The notes under the pieces are model-generated. The model did no database searches, was not told the DNA's origin, and saw nothing but the letters and a program-made list of their open reading frames with translations. A stretch of 63,922 bases of DNA, counting the filler, from an uncultured bacterium (GTDB lineage Bacteria; CAYJOG01): the NCBI GenBank assembly GCA_964371695.1. It is 9 parts of 9 records of this genome, joined end to end, with 100 filler letters (N's around TTAATTAATTAA, not from the genome) between each part and the next. Parts side by side here need not be neighbours in the genome. Positions count along the whole stretch, not along the records: positions 7,222 to 14,292 come from CAYJOG010000144.1; positions 14,393 to 21,444 come from CAYJOG010000145.1; 7 more parts are not named here. The stretch is one strand, 5' to 3'. The position numbers and the translations under genes are program-made. This document shows positions 10,466-20,365 of this stretch, piece by piece (positions within the stretch are counted from its first letter, which is position 1; the number at the start of each line of letters is the position of its first letter).

Positions 10466-10599
10466 CGCCTTTGGGAACGGTTGGCCCGATGGAGGGGCTT
10501 TCGGATGGAGACTGACATGCCAGTCATTTTGTGAGTATAGGAGAATCAGTCCCTTTGTCCAACACTGAAAAAAAGTTTGTCAGCGGTTATCGTTTTTTG

Positions 10600-11798
10600 A
10601 TGCTGCGGGTGTGCCGGTGGGTGGTGATCCTGTTTTTCGCCCTTGGTATGGCTGCCGGGGGGCCTGCCCAGGCCCAGGATGGCCAGGGGGTGTCCCCGGC
10701 GCGCCTTCAGCGCCTGAGCCGGGGGGTGAATCTTTCCCGCTGGTTCCGGTTTCCCAAGTCTCACACACCCGCGTTTTACGCCGGTCACATCAAGGCGCAG
10801 GACGTGTTGCTGCTGCGTTCGCTGGGTCTGCCNNNNNNNNNNGCGGCACCAGCTACGACGCCGCCGGGCGGGTGATGCTGCGTTCGCTGGGTCTGACCCA
10901 CGTGCGGCTGGCGTTTCACCCCCAATATCTACTCAAAGGCGGCCAGCCCGCGCTGAAGGACAACTTTTATCTGGAGCATCTGGACAAGGCCATCGCGCTG
11001 CTGCTCAAACACGATCTGGCGGTGGTGCTGGACCTGCACGACGAAAACAAAACCGGCCCCGAAAAAGACCCGGCCTATCAGAAAACCCTCATCACCCTGT
11101 GGGGGGCGCTGGCGGGTCACTGGAAAAAAACAGACCCGGAGCGAGTGTTTTTTGAACTGCTCAACGAGCCTGCGTTTCTCAAAAATCCACAAGGCTGGTT
11201 GCCCTTGCAGGAAAAGCTGGCGGCTGTGGTGCGCAGGCAGGCCCCAAATCACACGATTGTGGCCACCTGGCCTTATTTTTCGGCGGTGTCGGGGTTCAGC
11301 CAGATTCAGCCCCTGAAAGACAAAAACGTGGTGTATACCTTTCATGTCTACGACCCCTTCTTTTTCACCCATCAGGGTGCGGGCTGGACACCCGACGCCA
11401 CCGTGGCCCAGTTGCGGAGCGTGCCCTATCCGGGGGAGATGCCGCGCTGCCAGGGGGCGCTTGGGCAGGCGAAAACGCCCTGGGTGAAAGAAACCCTGCG
11501 CTCTTATTGCCGTTTTGGCTGGAACGCCGAAAAAATGAAAAACCACGTGGGCCGGGCGGCGGCCTGGGGCAAAAAACATGGTGTGCCCCTGTGGGTGGGG
11601 GAATTCGGTGTGTATCCGCCCCACGCCCCCCGCGAGGATTTGTTGATGTGGTATCGAGATGCCAGGTCGGCTTTTGAGGCCCACGGCCTGGGCTGGGCGC
11701 TGTGGGCCTATGACGAAGGGTTTGGTCTGGACCGGAAAATGTTGCCGGATGGTTCGTTCCAAATTGATGAAGGCGTGGCAGGCATTATTAAAGAGTAA
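10600..11798 (+). CDS. Secreted glycoside hydrolase family 5 (frame broken by scaffold gap 10833-10842)
   Basis: Signal peptide, RGVNL, HVRL, VLDLH, FELLNEP (acid/base), YTFHVYDP, WVGEFG (nucleophile), WALW. Confidence 0.9.
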
Positions 11799-11839
11799 AA
11801 CGGAATGACTGGCGAGTCATTTTGTGTTATCCTGGGGCC

Positions 11840-12580
11840 ATGGTCACAACCGCAACGGCAAAAACCAAGCGCCCTGTTTCAGGGAGTAACGCCCATTCGC
11901 CAGCCCCCAACGCGCCGATTCCCTGGGTCTATTACCTGCTGCTGCACAATCCCCGTCTGCTGCAGAAAAACCTGGGCCTGCTGAAAGAGCGCGGCCACAT
12001 TCAGGAAATCCCCACCCTGTGGCAGGTGGTGCAGGGCATCAGCCACATGTGGCGTTTCACAGTGGCCAATGTGGACGCCATCGGCACCAGCCAGGAGGCG
12101 CCGGTGCGGGACAACCCCCGCGCCCATCTGCTGAAAAACCAATTCATAAGGTTTTTCGCCCTCATGTCTGAGGGGTCCATCAACCCGCTGGACCGCACCG
12201 GCCTGGCGCTCACCCCCAAACGCAAAATGCGCCATGTGCTGGGCACCTTTCACGCCACCGGCGAAATGGCCCAGACGGTGATCTATGACCTGCAACTGCT
12301 GGACTGTTACCCTGGCGCGCTCAAAACACTGGGGCAGCGATTGGAAAAGCTTCTCAAACAGCCCGACGCCCGCGACGAATGGATCAAGGACATGGCGGTG
12401 TATGAGGGGTATCACGAAGATCTCGTGCCCGTGGTGAAACGCTGTCTGAAAGGTGATTTTGTTGTGCATGTGCCCACGCAGCGGGAGGGGGATGATTACA
12501 CCGTGACCAGTTTTGTAGAGCGATGCCTTGGGTTTCCGCCGACGCCTGCCGAGACCCTCGAAAAACTTCTCAAAAATTGA
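11840..12580 (+). CDS. Hypothetical protein
   Basis: Long ORF with genome-typical codon usage; no recognisable motif. Confidence 0.75.
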   Translation: MVTTATAKTKRPVSGSNAHSPAPNAPIPWVYYLLLHNPRLLQKNLGLLKERGHIQEIPTLWQVVQGISHMWRFTVANVDAIGTSQEAPVRDNPRAHLLKNQFIRFFALMSEGSINPLDRTGLALTPKRKMRHVLGTFHATGEMAQTVIYDLQLLDCYPGALKTLGQRLEKLLKQPDARDEWIKDMAVYEGYHEDLVPVVKRCLKGDFVVHVPTQREGDDYTVTSFVERCLGFPPTPAETLEKLLKN

Positions 12581-12637
12581 GGCAGCCGCTTTGCCGTGCC
12601 GCTACACTGCCCCATCCCCAGAAGGGGTTCCGTTTTT

Positions 12638-13174
12638 ATGGCCACCGCCCGACATCTTTTGCACTGGCCCTGCCCGCTGAACCGGCTGGTGGAAACCCTG
12701 ATTGACGAGCCTCTGGCAGACCCCGGCATCGTCATCGCCATGAAGGACGTCAAGGACTGCAAAATCATCAGCGGCGAGTGGAAAGACGGCAAACGGCGGG
12801 TGGACTTGGCGGTGTTGCTGAATCCGCCCATTCCCGCCGCCCTGGCGAACCTGCTCAAACCCGAAAACATGGGCTGGACACAGCACGGCCTGTGGGACCC
12901 GGCCACGGGCATCTACGCCGTCAGAATCGAACCCAACACGCTCAAAAACCTGCTGCGCCTGGGCATGCGCTCTCACCTGACAGACAACGGTGACGGCACC
13001 AGCACGCAGGACATGACGCTCACGGCCAACTGTGATTTTCCTCTGTTGGGGGGTGTGATGGAAAAGTTCGCCCTCGCAAAAATCTGGGAAAGTCTTCAAA
13101 ACCAGTTCGACGAAGAATCTCCCCGTCTGGCGGCGGAAACCGCCCGGTCCCGAATTAAAAAAATGCGGGCGTAG
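12638..13174 (+). CDS. DUF2505 / SRPBCC-like lipid-binding fold protein
   Basis: ~178 aa with C-terminal PLLGGVMEKF helix and a preceding beta-rich pattern. Confidence 0.6.
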   Translation: MATARHLLHWPCPLNRLVETLIDEPLADPGIVIAMKDVKDCKIISGEWKDGKRRVDLAVLLNPPIPAALANLLKPENMGWTQHGLWDPATGIYAVRIEPNTLKNLLRLGMRSHLTDNGDGTSTQDMTLTANCDFPLLGGVMEKFALAKIWESLQNQFDEESPRLAAETARSRIKKMRA

Positions 13175-13183
13175 GCGGCGGCG

Positions 13184-14292
13184 TCAAACCCCCGCCGGGT
13201 CCAGCATCCAGTCGCTCGTGCCGTCCTTGCGGTCCAGCACCTTGATGCCCAGGCCCAGCAGTTCGTCGCGCAGTTTGTCGCTGGCGGCGTAATCCTTGCT
13301 GGCGCGGGCGCTCTGGCGTTGCGTCACCAGCTCCTGCACTTTTTCCACGGTCACGTGCCGGGCCTGCAACAGTTGGTATTGCAGGGTGTCCAGCAAGGCG
13401 GCGGGTGTCTCCAGCACGTCCAGCACGGTGTTCATGGCGGCGGCGCAGCCGAGCAGCGCCTTGGCCAGAATTTCGTCGCTTTCATTCCATTTGGGTTTGG
13501 AGAGCAGGTTGTTGAGTTGTGTCATCACCTCGCCCATCGCCACCAGCCCCTGGGCGGTGTTGATGTTGTCCTGCATCGCCTTGAGGAAACGTTCAAAACA
13601 GGCGTGGGCGGCTCCTGGCCAGTGGGTGTCCGGCGGGGCGTGGAGGGCGAAGTCCACCCCCAGGCGCTGACAGATTCCCTGCAGGGTGCGGTGGAAGTAA
13701 TAAATGCGCCGGGTGGCGTCCAGCAGCACGTTTTCGCCAAAGTCGGCCTGACTGGCAAAGTGGTGATCCAGCATGGCGTGGCGCAGCACCACGGCGGGAT
13801 ATTTTTCCAGCGCCTTGCGGATGGTGAGAAAGTTACCCAGGGACTTGCTCATTTTGGTGCCGCCCACGGTGATGAGGCCGTTGTGCAGCCAGAACCGCGC
13901 ATAGGGTTTGCCGGTGGCGCATTCGCTCTGGGCGATTTCGTTTTCGTGGTGGGGGAAAACGAGGTCCACGCCGCCGCCGTGAATATCAAAAGATTCGCCC
14001 AGGTATTTCTGGCTCATGGCCGAACACTCGATGTGCCAGCCGGGGCGGCCTTCTCCCCAGGGGGAAGGCCAGAACATGCCCTCGCCCTCCTGGCGGCGTT
14101 TCCACAGGGCGAAATCCACCTTGTCGTTTTTGCCATATTCCTCTGGCAGGCGGTCCCGCAGGGTGTCGATGTCCTGATGGCTCAGCTTGCCGTATTCGGG
14201 AAACTTCTCCACCGCAAAATACACGCTGCCGTCGCGCTCATAGGCAAAGCCTTTTTCTTTCGCTACCACTTTAACCGCATCCTCAGCCTTTT
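13184..14292 (-). CDS. cysS: Cysteine--tRNA ligase (5' truncated)
   Basis: [51 protein letters not shown]. Confidence 0.98.
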
Positions 14293-14393
14293 NNNNNNNN
14301 NNNNNNNNNNNNNNNNNNNNNNNNNNNNNNNNNNNNTTAATTAATTAANNNNNNNNNNNNNNNNNNNNNNNNNNNNNNNNNNNNNNNNNNNNG

Positions 14394-14645
14394 TTTGAAC
14401 AACAGCACCACCCCTACACCCAGGGCCTCTTCCGGTGCCTGCCCCGCCTGAACCAGCGGGTCAACCGGCTTTTCGCCATCGAAGGCGTACCGCCAGACCT
14501 GCGCCAGAACATTCCCGGCTGCCGTTTCGCCCCCCGCTGTCCCCACGTCACCGACCAGTGCCGCCAGTCCGCACCACCCCTGGTCCAGCAGGGCAACCGG
14601 CATGTGCGCTGCTGGCTGGAAGCCCCGCCCGCTGTTTCAGCCTGA
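14394..14645 (+). CDS. C-terminal fragment of an oligopeptide/dipeptide ABC ATPase (oligo_HPY domain)
   Basis: Own translation (not in the ORF track): HPYTQGLFRCLP...IEGVPPDL...GCRFAPRC...C...VRCW. Confidence 0.88.
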   Translation, partial: FEQQHHPYTQGLFRCLPRLNQRVNRLFAIEGVPPDLRQNIPGCRFAPRCPHVTDQCRQSAPPLVQQGNRHVRCWLEAPPAVSA

Positions 14646-14654
14646 AAACACCCG

Positions 14655-15578
14655 TCATCCGCCCTGTTTTTTTCCCAGAAAACAGAACGTGGTGATGCCT
14701 TCGCCCCGAAAGTTCCACCGGGACTTGTCCTGCATGGCCGCCGCCAGATCAAAATCGGGGTTCTCCAGCACCACGCCGCTTTGTGTCAGGGCAGGAACCA
14801 TATCTGTTTTAAGTTCTTCTTCGCTGTAGGCCGACACCACCCTGCCCGCCACTTTTTTCTTGTACCAATCATCGGCAGCGGCGCGGCGGTGATCTGCCGC
14901 TTCGCTGGTGAGATAAAACACACCGCCCGGTTTCAGCACACGGCACATTTCCCTGAGCGCCGTGGTGGTGTCGTGGACAAATGTCTCCACCGGCAGCACC
15001 GCCATGGTCACGGGGTGTTCCTGCAGGTGCTCCAGGGCGCTGATGGATAACACCACGTCAAAGCTGGCATCCGCAAAGGGCAGCGACAGCATGGTGCCCG
15101 CCACCCGCGCCGGGCGGGGAGTTGGCTCTGCGGCGGCAAACGCCGCGTCAAAGGGTGCGGGCAAATCCAGCGTGCTCACGCTGGCCCCCAGGCTGCCCAG
15201 AAAATGCGGAAAGGTGGACCCACCCACCCCCACGTCCAGCACCCGCTTGCCCCGCCAGTCCTGCACATGGCTCAGCAACACGCCATATTCCCACACCCGC
15301 ACCCCTTCCCAGCGAGGCAGGTTCGAGCGCATCTGTCGAGAGAAACGCCGCAGCAATGTGTCAAAAGGAGCCAGATCCTTCAGCCGCCCGCTGTCAAAAA
15401 ACGTGTTGGGCGCAGCCGCCGCCACGGGCCAGGGGTCGGGCGCGGGAGGCAGGGCGTGCAAAACCCGCTGGTCTTCGCGCTCAGCCCTCAGCCGGGCCAC
15501 TTTACCAGCCACACGGTGAATCAGAGGTTTCAGGGGAGCCATGAACAGATGAGATTCTGAGGCAATTTGCTGAAGCAC
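14655..15578 (-). CDS. Class I SAM-dependent methyltransferase
   Basis: RVLDVGVGGS, LPFADASFDVVLSISALEH, RVLKPGG; start uncertain. Confidence 0.88.
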   Translation of the reverse strand: MLQQIASESHLFMAPLKPLIHRVAGKVARLRAEREDQRVLHALPPAPDPWPVAAAAPNTFFDSGRLKDLAPFDTLLRRFSRQMRSNLPRWEGVRVWEYGVLLSHVQDWRGKRVLDVGVGGSTFPHFLGSLGASVSTLDLPAPFDAAFAAAEPTPRPARVAGTMLSLPFADASFDVVLSISALEHLQEHPVTMAVLPVETFVHDTTTALREMCRVLKPGGVFYLTSEAADHRRAAADDWYKKKVAGRVVSAYSEEELKTDMVPALTQSGVVLENPDFDLAAAMQDKSRWNFRGEGITTFCFLGKKQGG

Positions 15579-15632
15579 GTGGGCATTTTTTCGGAATGTT
15601 CAGCGCTGCCGTAAAGGGGGTTGCAGGTATTT

Positions 15633-16811
15633 TTATACCAACAACCTTTTCACAAACCGCTCATGGACCTGGGTGATTTTCTCCCAGCCAAACCGCTCCA
15701 CCACCAACGCGCGGGCGCCCTGCCGCAACCGGGCATAAAGGGCGTCATCCCGGTTTAATTGTGTTATTCCTTCGGCAAAATCCTGGGGGGTGTCGGCCAG
15801 CCACAGGTGTTCGCCGTGCCGCGCCCCCAGCCCCTCGGCCCCCACCGTGGTGCTCACCACCACCCGCCCCGCCGCGAAAGCCTGGAGAATCTTCAGGCGC
15901 GTGCCGCCACCTGAGCGCAGCGGCGCCACCAACAGGCGACAGCTCTGCAAAAAGGGCTTCACCTCAGGCACATCGGCGAACAGCGTGACACCATTCAGTG
16001 AAAGTTTCTCCCGCAGGCCCGGCGGTGGTTTGGACCCCACCACCACCAGGGGGCTATTCACCAGCGGGCGGATTTCATGACACCACCAGTCCAGGGCCTC
16101 GGTGTTGGGGGCATAGTTGAGCGTGCCCATGAAGAGCAATCCCTCGCCGGGTTTTTCTTCAAATGGAAAGGCTGTCAGGTCCACCCCATTGGCCACCACC
16201 ACGGCATTTTGTGGATCACCGCAGGCCACCCCCGCCGGAGCCAGTGCGGCGTCTTCTTCACTCATGAACACACAACCTTGGGCGCTGCGTGCGATGGCCT
16301 CTTCAATTTTCCTCGCCCGGCGGGTGAACAGCGCACGTCGCAACCGACCCTTCAATCCCGTCACGGCCTCCCGCCCATGCACCCGCCAGCGCCAGTCCAC
16401 GAAATGCACCACTACCGGCGCGGGACCGAGCCGGGGCAGCGCAGGCGCACACAGGCTGTGGTGACACTCCACCAGATCATAAACATCCGCAGAAAGACGG
16501 CGACTGATTTCGCCCGGCAGGCCCGTTTGATGAAACAGGCCAAACTCCGGCGGCCCCGACCAAAGTTTGCCCGGCAATGCACTGGCCACCGGGCGCACGG
16601 GAAAATCCTCAAACAGCAGTTCGTTCACCCACTGGCGCACCGTGGCGGCGTGGGCGGCGTCGTCGGGGCTGAAGGGAACCGCCAGGTCCACGTCGGCCCA
16701 CCTGCGGGTGTGCTGCAAAAGGTGATACAGGCGAATCTTCGAGCCGTTGTTCAGCGGCCAGGGCAGGTGCGGCGAGAGCCATAACAAACGGGGCCTGGGC
16801 AAATCAAACAC
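15633..16811 (-). CDS. Glycosyltransferase family 4
   Basis: PWPLNNGSKIR, NGVD, FMGTLNYAPN, PLRSGGGTRLKILQAFAAG. Confidence 0.92.
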   Translation of the reverse strand: MFDLPRPRLLWLSPHLPWPLNNGSKIRLYHLLQHTRRWADVDLAVPFSPDDAAHAATVRQWVNELLFEDFPVRPVASALPGKLWSGPPEFGLFHQTGLPGEISRRLSADVYDLVECHHSLCAPALPRLGPAPVVVHFVDWRWRVHGREAVTGLKGRLRRALFTRRARKIEEAIARSAQGCVFMSEEDAALAPAGVACGDPQNAVVVANGVDLTAFPFEEKPGEGLLFMGTLNYAPNTEALDWWCHEIRPLVNSPLVVVGSKPPPGLREKLSLNGVTLFADVPEVKPFLQSCRLLVAPLRSGGGTRLKILQAFAAGRVVVSTTVGAEGLGARHGEHLWLADTPQDFAEGITQLNRDDALYARLRQGARALVVERFGWEKITQVHERFVKRLLV

Positions 16812-17076
16812 CTGTCATACCAATGAACATTCAAAACAGCATGAATGTTCATTGTTGATGTGGCCTTGCCGTTCGTCGTGAACGGCTGCGGCCCGGCGCA
16901 GCGCAGGCAAAGCCAGCTTGCGCCGCGAACACCTCCGGCGCTGATTGCGCCTCGGTGTTCGAGTCGAATTCATCCATGAATTCATACCAATTCACGTCTC
17001 CTTTTTGCCGTGTTCCCGCTTTTTCTTTCCGGCCAGGGTTTTATACACCGCCTGCCATTTTCCTCTCGAATTGGTA

Positions 17077-17778
17077 TCAATCCGCAATCTGGCCGACTTT
17101 TTCGCGGATGGCGGTGATCAGTTCGCTGATCTCAATCACGGCCATCTGGCTTTTTTCGGCCAGGGCGCGCATTTCGCCCGCCACCACCGAAAAACTCTTG
17201 CCCGCCACGCCGCTGCGGGCGCTCTCGATGCTGGCGTTCAGGGCCAGCATTTTGCTCTGTTTGGCGATTTTGGTGATGGTGTCCAGCATGCGCTGGATGT
17301 CGTGCATGATGTGTTCAAGTTCCTTGAAGTTCAGGTTGGCCCGGCGCAGGCGCTGCCCCAGAAAGGTGATCATGTTGATGCACATCTGGGCGTTTTGGGT
17401 GACCAGATCAAAGAAGTGTTTTTTGTCCAGGCGCAGCACCTCGGTGTCTTCCAGCGCCGTGATGGTGGCCGAGCGCGGCTCGGCGTCGAACAGCGACATC
17501 TCACCAAAAAAGTCCCCCGCCGCCAGGCGGCTGAGAATCGTCTCCATGTGGCTGGCCTCGTCGGTTTTGGCCACTTTCACAAAGCCATTCAAAATGACGT
17601 AAAGGCTGTCGCCGATTTCCCCCTCCCGGAAAATGACCTGCCCCGCCGCGTAATGGAGCGTGTCGGAGACCCCCGCCACCTGGGTCAGCATGTCGTCGGT
17701 CAGGCCGCGAAAAATCGGCACCTGGGCCAGATGATGAACGATGGTTTGTTGTGATTCAGCGGGCAAAGCCTGGGACAT
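17077..17778 (-). CDS. Soluble cNMP-binding domain fused to a short MCP signalling hairpin
   Basis: FFGEMSLFDAEPRSATI, then IAKQSKMLALNASIESARSGVAGKSFSVVAGEMRALAEKS. Confidence 0.85.
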   Translation of the reverse strand: MSQALPAESQQTIVHHLAQVPIFRGLTDDMLTQVAGVSDTLHYAAGQVIFREGEIGDSLYVILNGFVKVAKTDEASHMETILSRLAAGDFFGEMSLFDAEPRSATITALEDTEVLRLDKKHFFDLVTQNAQMCINMITFLGQRLRRANLNFKELEHIMHDIQRMLDTITKIAKQSKMLALNASIESARSGVAGKSFSVVAGEMRALAEKSQMAVIEISELITAIREKVGQIAD

Positions 17779-17787
17779 TGGGAGAGC

Positions 17788-18942
17788 CTATTGTAACAGG
17801 GGGCCTGCGGGCATTCTTTCGCGGTGCCGCGCCGCCCTGGGATGCCCCTTCTTTTTGCCGTGGGCCGCCCGCGAGCTGCCCCCCTCTCCCATCACCGGGG
17901 GCTGATAACCCTTTTGGGGCAACTGGTGAATTTCCCCTTCGGGCAGGTTGCGCACGTCCACCGGCTCCTGGCGTTTGACAAAACGGCGAATGTCCGGCCA
18001 CAGCGACGGCTCCAGAAACAGCACCGAAAGGTGACCGTGGGGATAAATGTGCCGCCGGGGTTTGCCCCAGGCGCGCCACAGCTCCTCTACCACGCTGGCG
18101 GGCACAATGCGGTCGTGCAAAGCCTCCTGAATCAGAATGCGGCTGGTGGGCACGGCTGGTTTGAGTTTGGTGAGGGTGATGTAGGGCAGAAACTCGCTCA
18201 TCACCTGCCAGTGGGCTTTCCAGTCGGGATATTCCTTGCGGATCATCTCGCCCATGCGGTGGCGCAAAAAGAGCCGCTCGGTGTTGCCCGCCGGCACGGT
18301 GAGGATGGCGAAACGCAGGTCGGCGCACAGACAGGCCAGCAGCCCCGTGAGCATGCCCCCCAGGCTCACGCCAAAGGCCCCCACGGTGCCGGGGCCGTTG
18401 CCGTCGCGGCGCAGATAATCCACCAGCCCCCGGGCCTCCATCAGCGTCTGCTGCATGCTCTGAAAGGTGGTGTGGACATGGCCGGTGAAGGTCAGTTCGC
18501 CGCTGAAGGTGCTCTCTGGCGCACGGCTGAGGTGAAAGGGCAGCTCGAACATCATGGCGTTGTAGCCCCAGTCGGCAAACCGCTTGCAGGCCTGCAAAAA
18601 GAACATGTAGTTCTGCACCCGGTAGCCGTGCACAATCAGCACAGAGCCCAGGGGTTTTTCCACCTGGCGAAAATAAACGGCGGGGATGACGTTGTTGCGG
18701 GCGTGCTCGGTGATGACCGGTGAGTGAAACTTGAGCTGGCGCATTTCATAACGGCTGCGCCGCCACACCACCTTGTTTTCCACCGGGTCCATGGCGGGGG
18801 GTTTGGGAAACGCCTCGGCCAGGGAATGGATGACGGGAATGGGTTTGTCGGGAGGCGGCGGCGTCAGGGAAATGTCGGCGCGGTGCTCCCTGCCCATAAA
18901 GAAGTAGCTCATTTCGTCCAGAAAGTTGGCGACGGCTCTCAT
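17788..18942 (-). CDS. Alpha/beta hydrolase
   Basis: HG oxyanion motif, GVSLGG nucleophile elbow, D (HDRIV) and H (PHGH) triad residues. Confidence 0.85.
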   Translation of the reverse strand: MRAVANFLDEMSYFFMGREHRADISLTPPPPDKPIPVIHSLAEAFPKPPAMDPVENKVVWRRSRYEMRQLKFHSPVITEHARNNVIPAVYFRQVEKPLGSVLIVHGYRVQNYMFFLQACKRFADWGYNAMMFELPFHLSRAPESTFSGELTFTGHVHTTFQSMQQTLMEARGLVDYLRRDGNGPGTVGAFGVSLGGMLTGLLACLCADLRFAILTVPAGNTERLFLRHRMGEMIRKEYPDWKAHWQVMSEFLPYITLTKLKPAVPTSRILIQEALHDRIVPASVVEELWRAWGKPRRHIYPHGHLSVLFLEPSLWPDIRRFVKRQEPVDVRNLPEGEIHQLPQKGYQPPVMGEGGSSRAAHGKKKGHPRAARHRERMPAGPLLQ

Positions 18943-18946
18943 GTCT

Positions 18947-19531
18947 TCACTCCCATCCCATGGCTTTCAGTGCAGTGTTCGACCACGTTTCCAGGCGTTC
19001 ATCGCGCCAGTTGAGCTGGCGCGGCGTGACCCAGCGGCCCTCGCGGCCCCCGTCTTCGCTCAGGCGCACCCGCGCCCCGGCGGGCAGGGTGAGCAGAAAA
19101 TGCACCCCAACGTGTACCCGGCTCACGTCGTTGTCGCTGAGCTTGATGAGGCCCGATGGGTGCAAGGCCCCGCAGCCGGGCAAAAGATGGGCTTCTTCCT
19201 CCAACTCACGCCACAGCGCCCCCAGAATCGGGCCTTCTTTGTGGGTTTCGTCCAGGGGGTTCACATGCCCCCCCAGTCCCACGGTGAGGCGTTCGTGCAG
19301 CCGAACTTCGCCCCCGCCAGTGTGACGCTTCAACATATACACCTTATCGGCACGTCGCAGGGTCACATAAGGGATCCACTGCCGCCACGCCGGGTTTGTT
19401 TCGGCCTGCTGGCGAGGCAGAAACTGGCTCTTTTTGAACCACCTGTTGAACGTGGCCTGACTGGGAAGGGGCAGATAACCGTCTTTTTTGCCCAAAAGAG
19501 GGCTGGGCAAGGCCCACACCAGTTCAGCCAT
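18947..19531 (-). CDS. NUDIX-family phosphoesterase
   Basis: AETNPAWRQWIPY, E.RLH, GLGGHVN, WRELEEE, VHVG, LETWS. Confidence 0.85.
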   Translation of the reverse strand: MAELVWALPSPLLGKKDGYLPLPSQATFNRWFKKSQFLPRQQAETNPAWRQWIPYVTLRRADKVYMLKRHTGGGEVRLHERLTVGLGGHVNPLDETHKEGPILGALWRELEEEAHLLPGCGALHPSGLIKLSDNDVSRVHVGVHFLLTLPAGARVRLSEDGGREGRWVTPRQLNWRDERLETWSNTALKAMGWE

Positions 19532-20333
19532 GGAGCATCACCCAGGTCACGCGAGTGGACAACAATAACAAAAATCCCCCGAACAATTTTTTCAACCGGG
19601 CGGCGGGCAGGGCGTTGTTCCACCGCACCCCCCAGTAGGTGGCGAAAATGGCCGAAAGCGCGATCAACAGGCCAAGAACTGGGGCCACCGCCCCCACCAG
19701 CCACAGGCCCGGCGGGGCCAAAACCGGCTGTGCCCCATAGGCGCAGGCCCCCGACAGGGCCATGAGACCAATGATGGCGCTGCTGGTGCCCACCGCCTGA
19801 TGCACCCGGAACCCCAGGGATTTCATGACAGGCACCGTCAAAACACCGCCGCCCAGGCCCGTGAGGGCACTGAAAACCCCTGTAATCAAACCCAGTCCGG
19901 CAAACACGGCACCATTAACATCCGGTGAACAAGCCGGTTCCTCGCCTTTTTTTTCAATGAGCATTTTCAGACCCATCAGAAACATGGCCCCGGCCAACAG
20001 GCCCCGCAGGGTATCGGCCTGCAACCGCTGGCCAAACCACGCCCCAGCCACCGCGCCCATCACCGCCCCCGGCGCCAGACACACCACGGCCCGCACCAGC
20101 ACATTGCCCGACCGGTGCTGACGCCACCCGGCGGCCATGGCCGTGGGGGTCATGGCAAGCAAACTGGTGGCCACGGCCACGCGCTGGGAGACCTCCGCAG
20201 GCAGCCCCCTCGCCCGCAGCAGTTCATCCAGGGCGGGCACCATCACGAACCCCCCACCCACACCCAGTAACGACGAGAGCACCCCCACCACTGCCCCCAG
20301 GCCAAGCAACAGCAGCGCGGTGAGGGGGTCCAT
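19524..20333 (-). CDS. Sulfite exporter TauE/SafE family protein
   Basis: Two repeats of GxGGG...VP and A.(A/G)TS; about 8 TM helices. Confidence 0.9.
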   Translation of the reverse strand: MDPLTALLLLGLGAVVGVLSSLLGVGGGFVMVPALDELLRARGLPAEVSQRVAVATSLLAMTPTAMAAGWRQHRSGNVLVRAVVCLAPGAVMGAVAGAWFGQRLQADTLRGLLAGAMFLMGLKMLIEKKGEEPACSPDVNGAVFAGLGLITGVFSALTGLGGGVLTVPVMKSLGFRVHQAVGTSSAIIGLMALSGACAYGAQPVLAPPGLWLVGAVAPVLGLLIALSAIFATYWGVRWNNALPAARLKKLFGGFLLLLSTRVTWVMLHG

Positions 20334-20365
20334 GAGGAGCGGAATGGTATATGAACACCCGCACC

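Noticed and set aside
10812-10896. Apparent frameshift and 19-bp duplication in the GH5 gene
   Set aside because: The duplicate straddles a 10-N scaffold gap; assembly overlap artefact rather than pseudogene or programmed frameshift.
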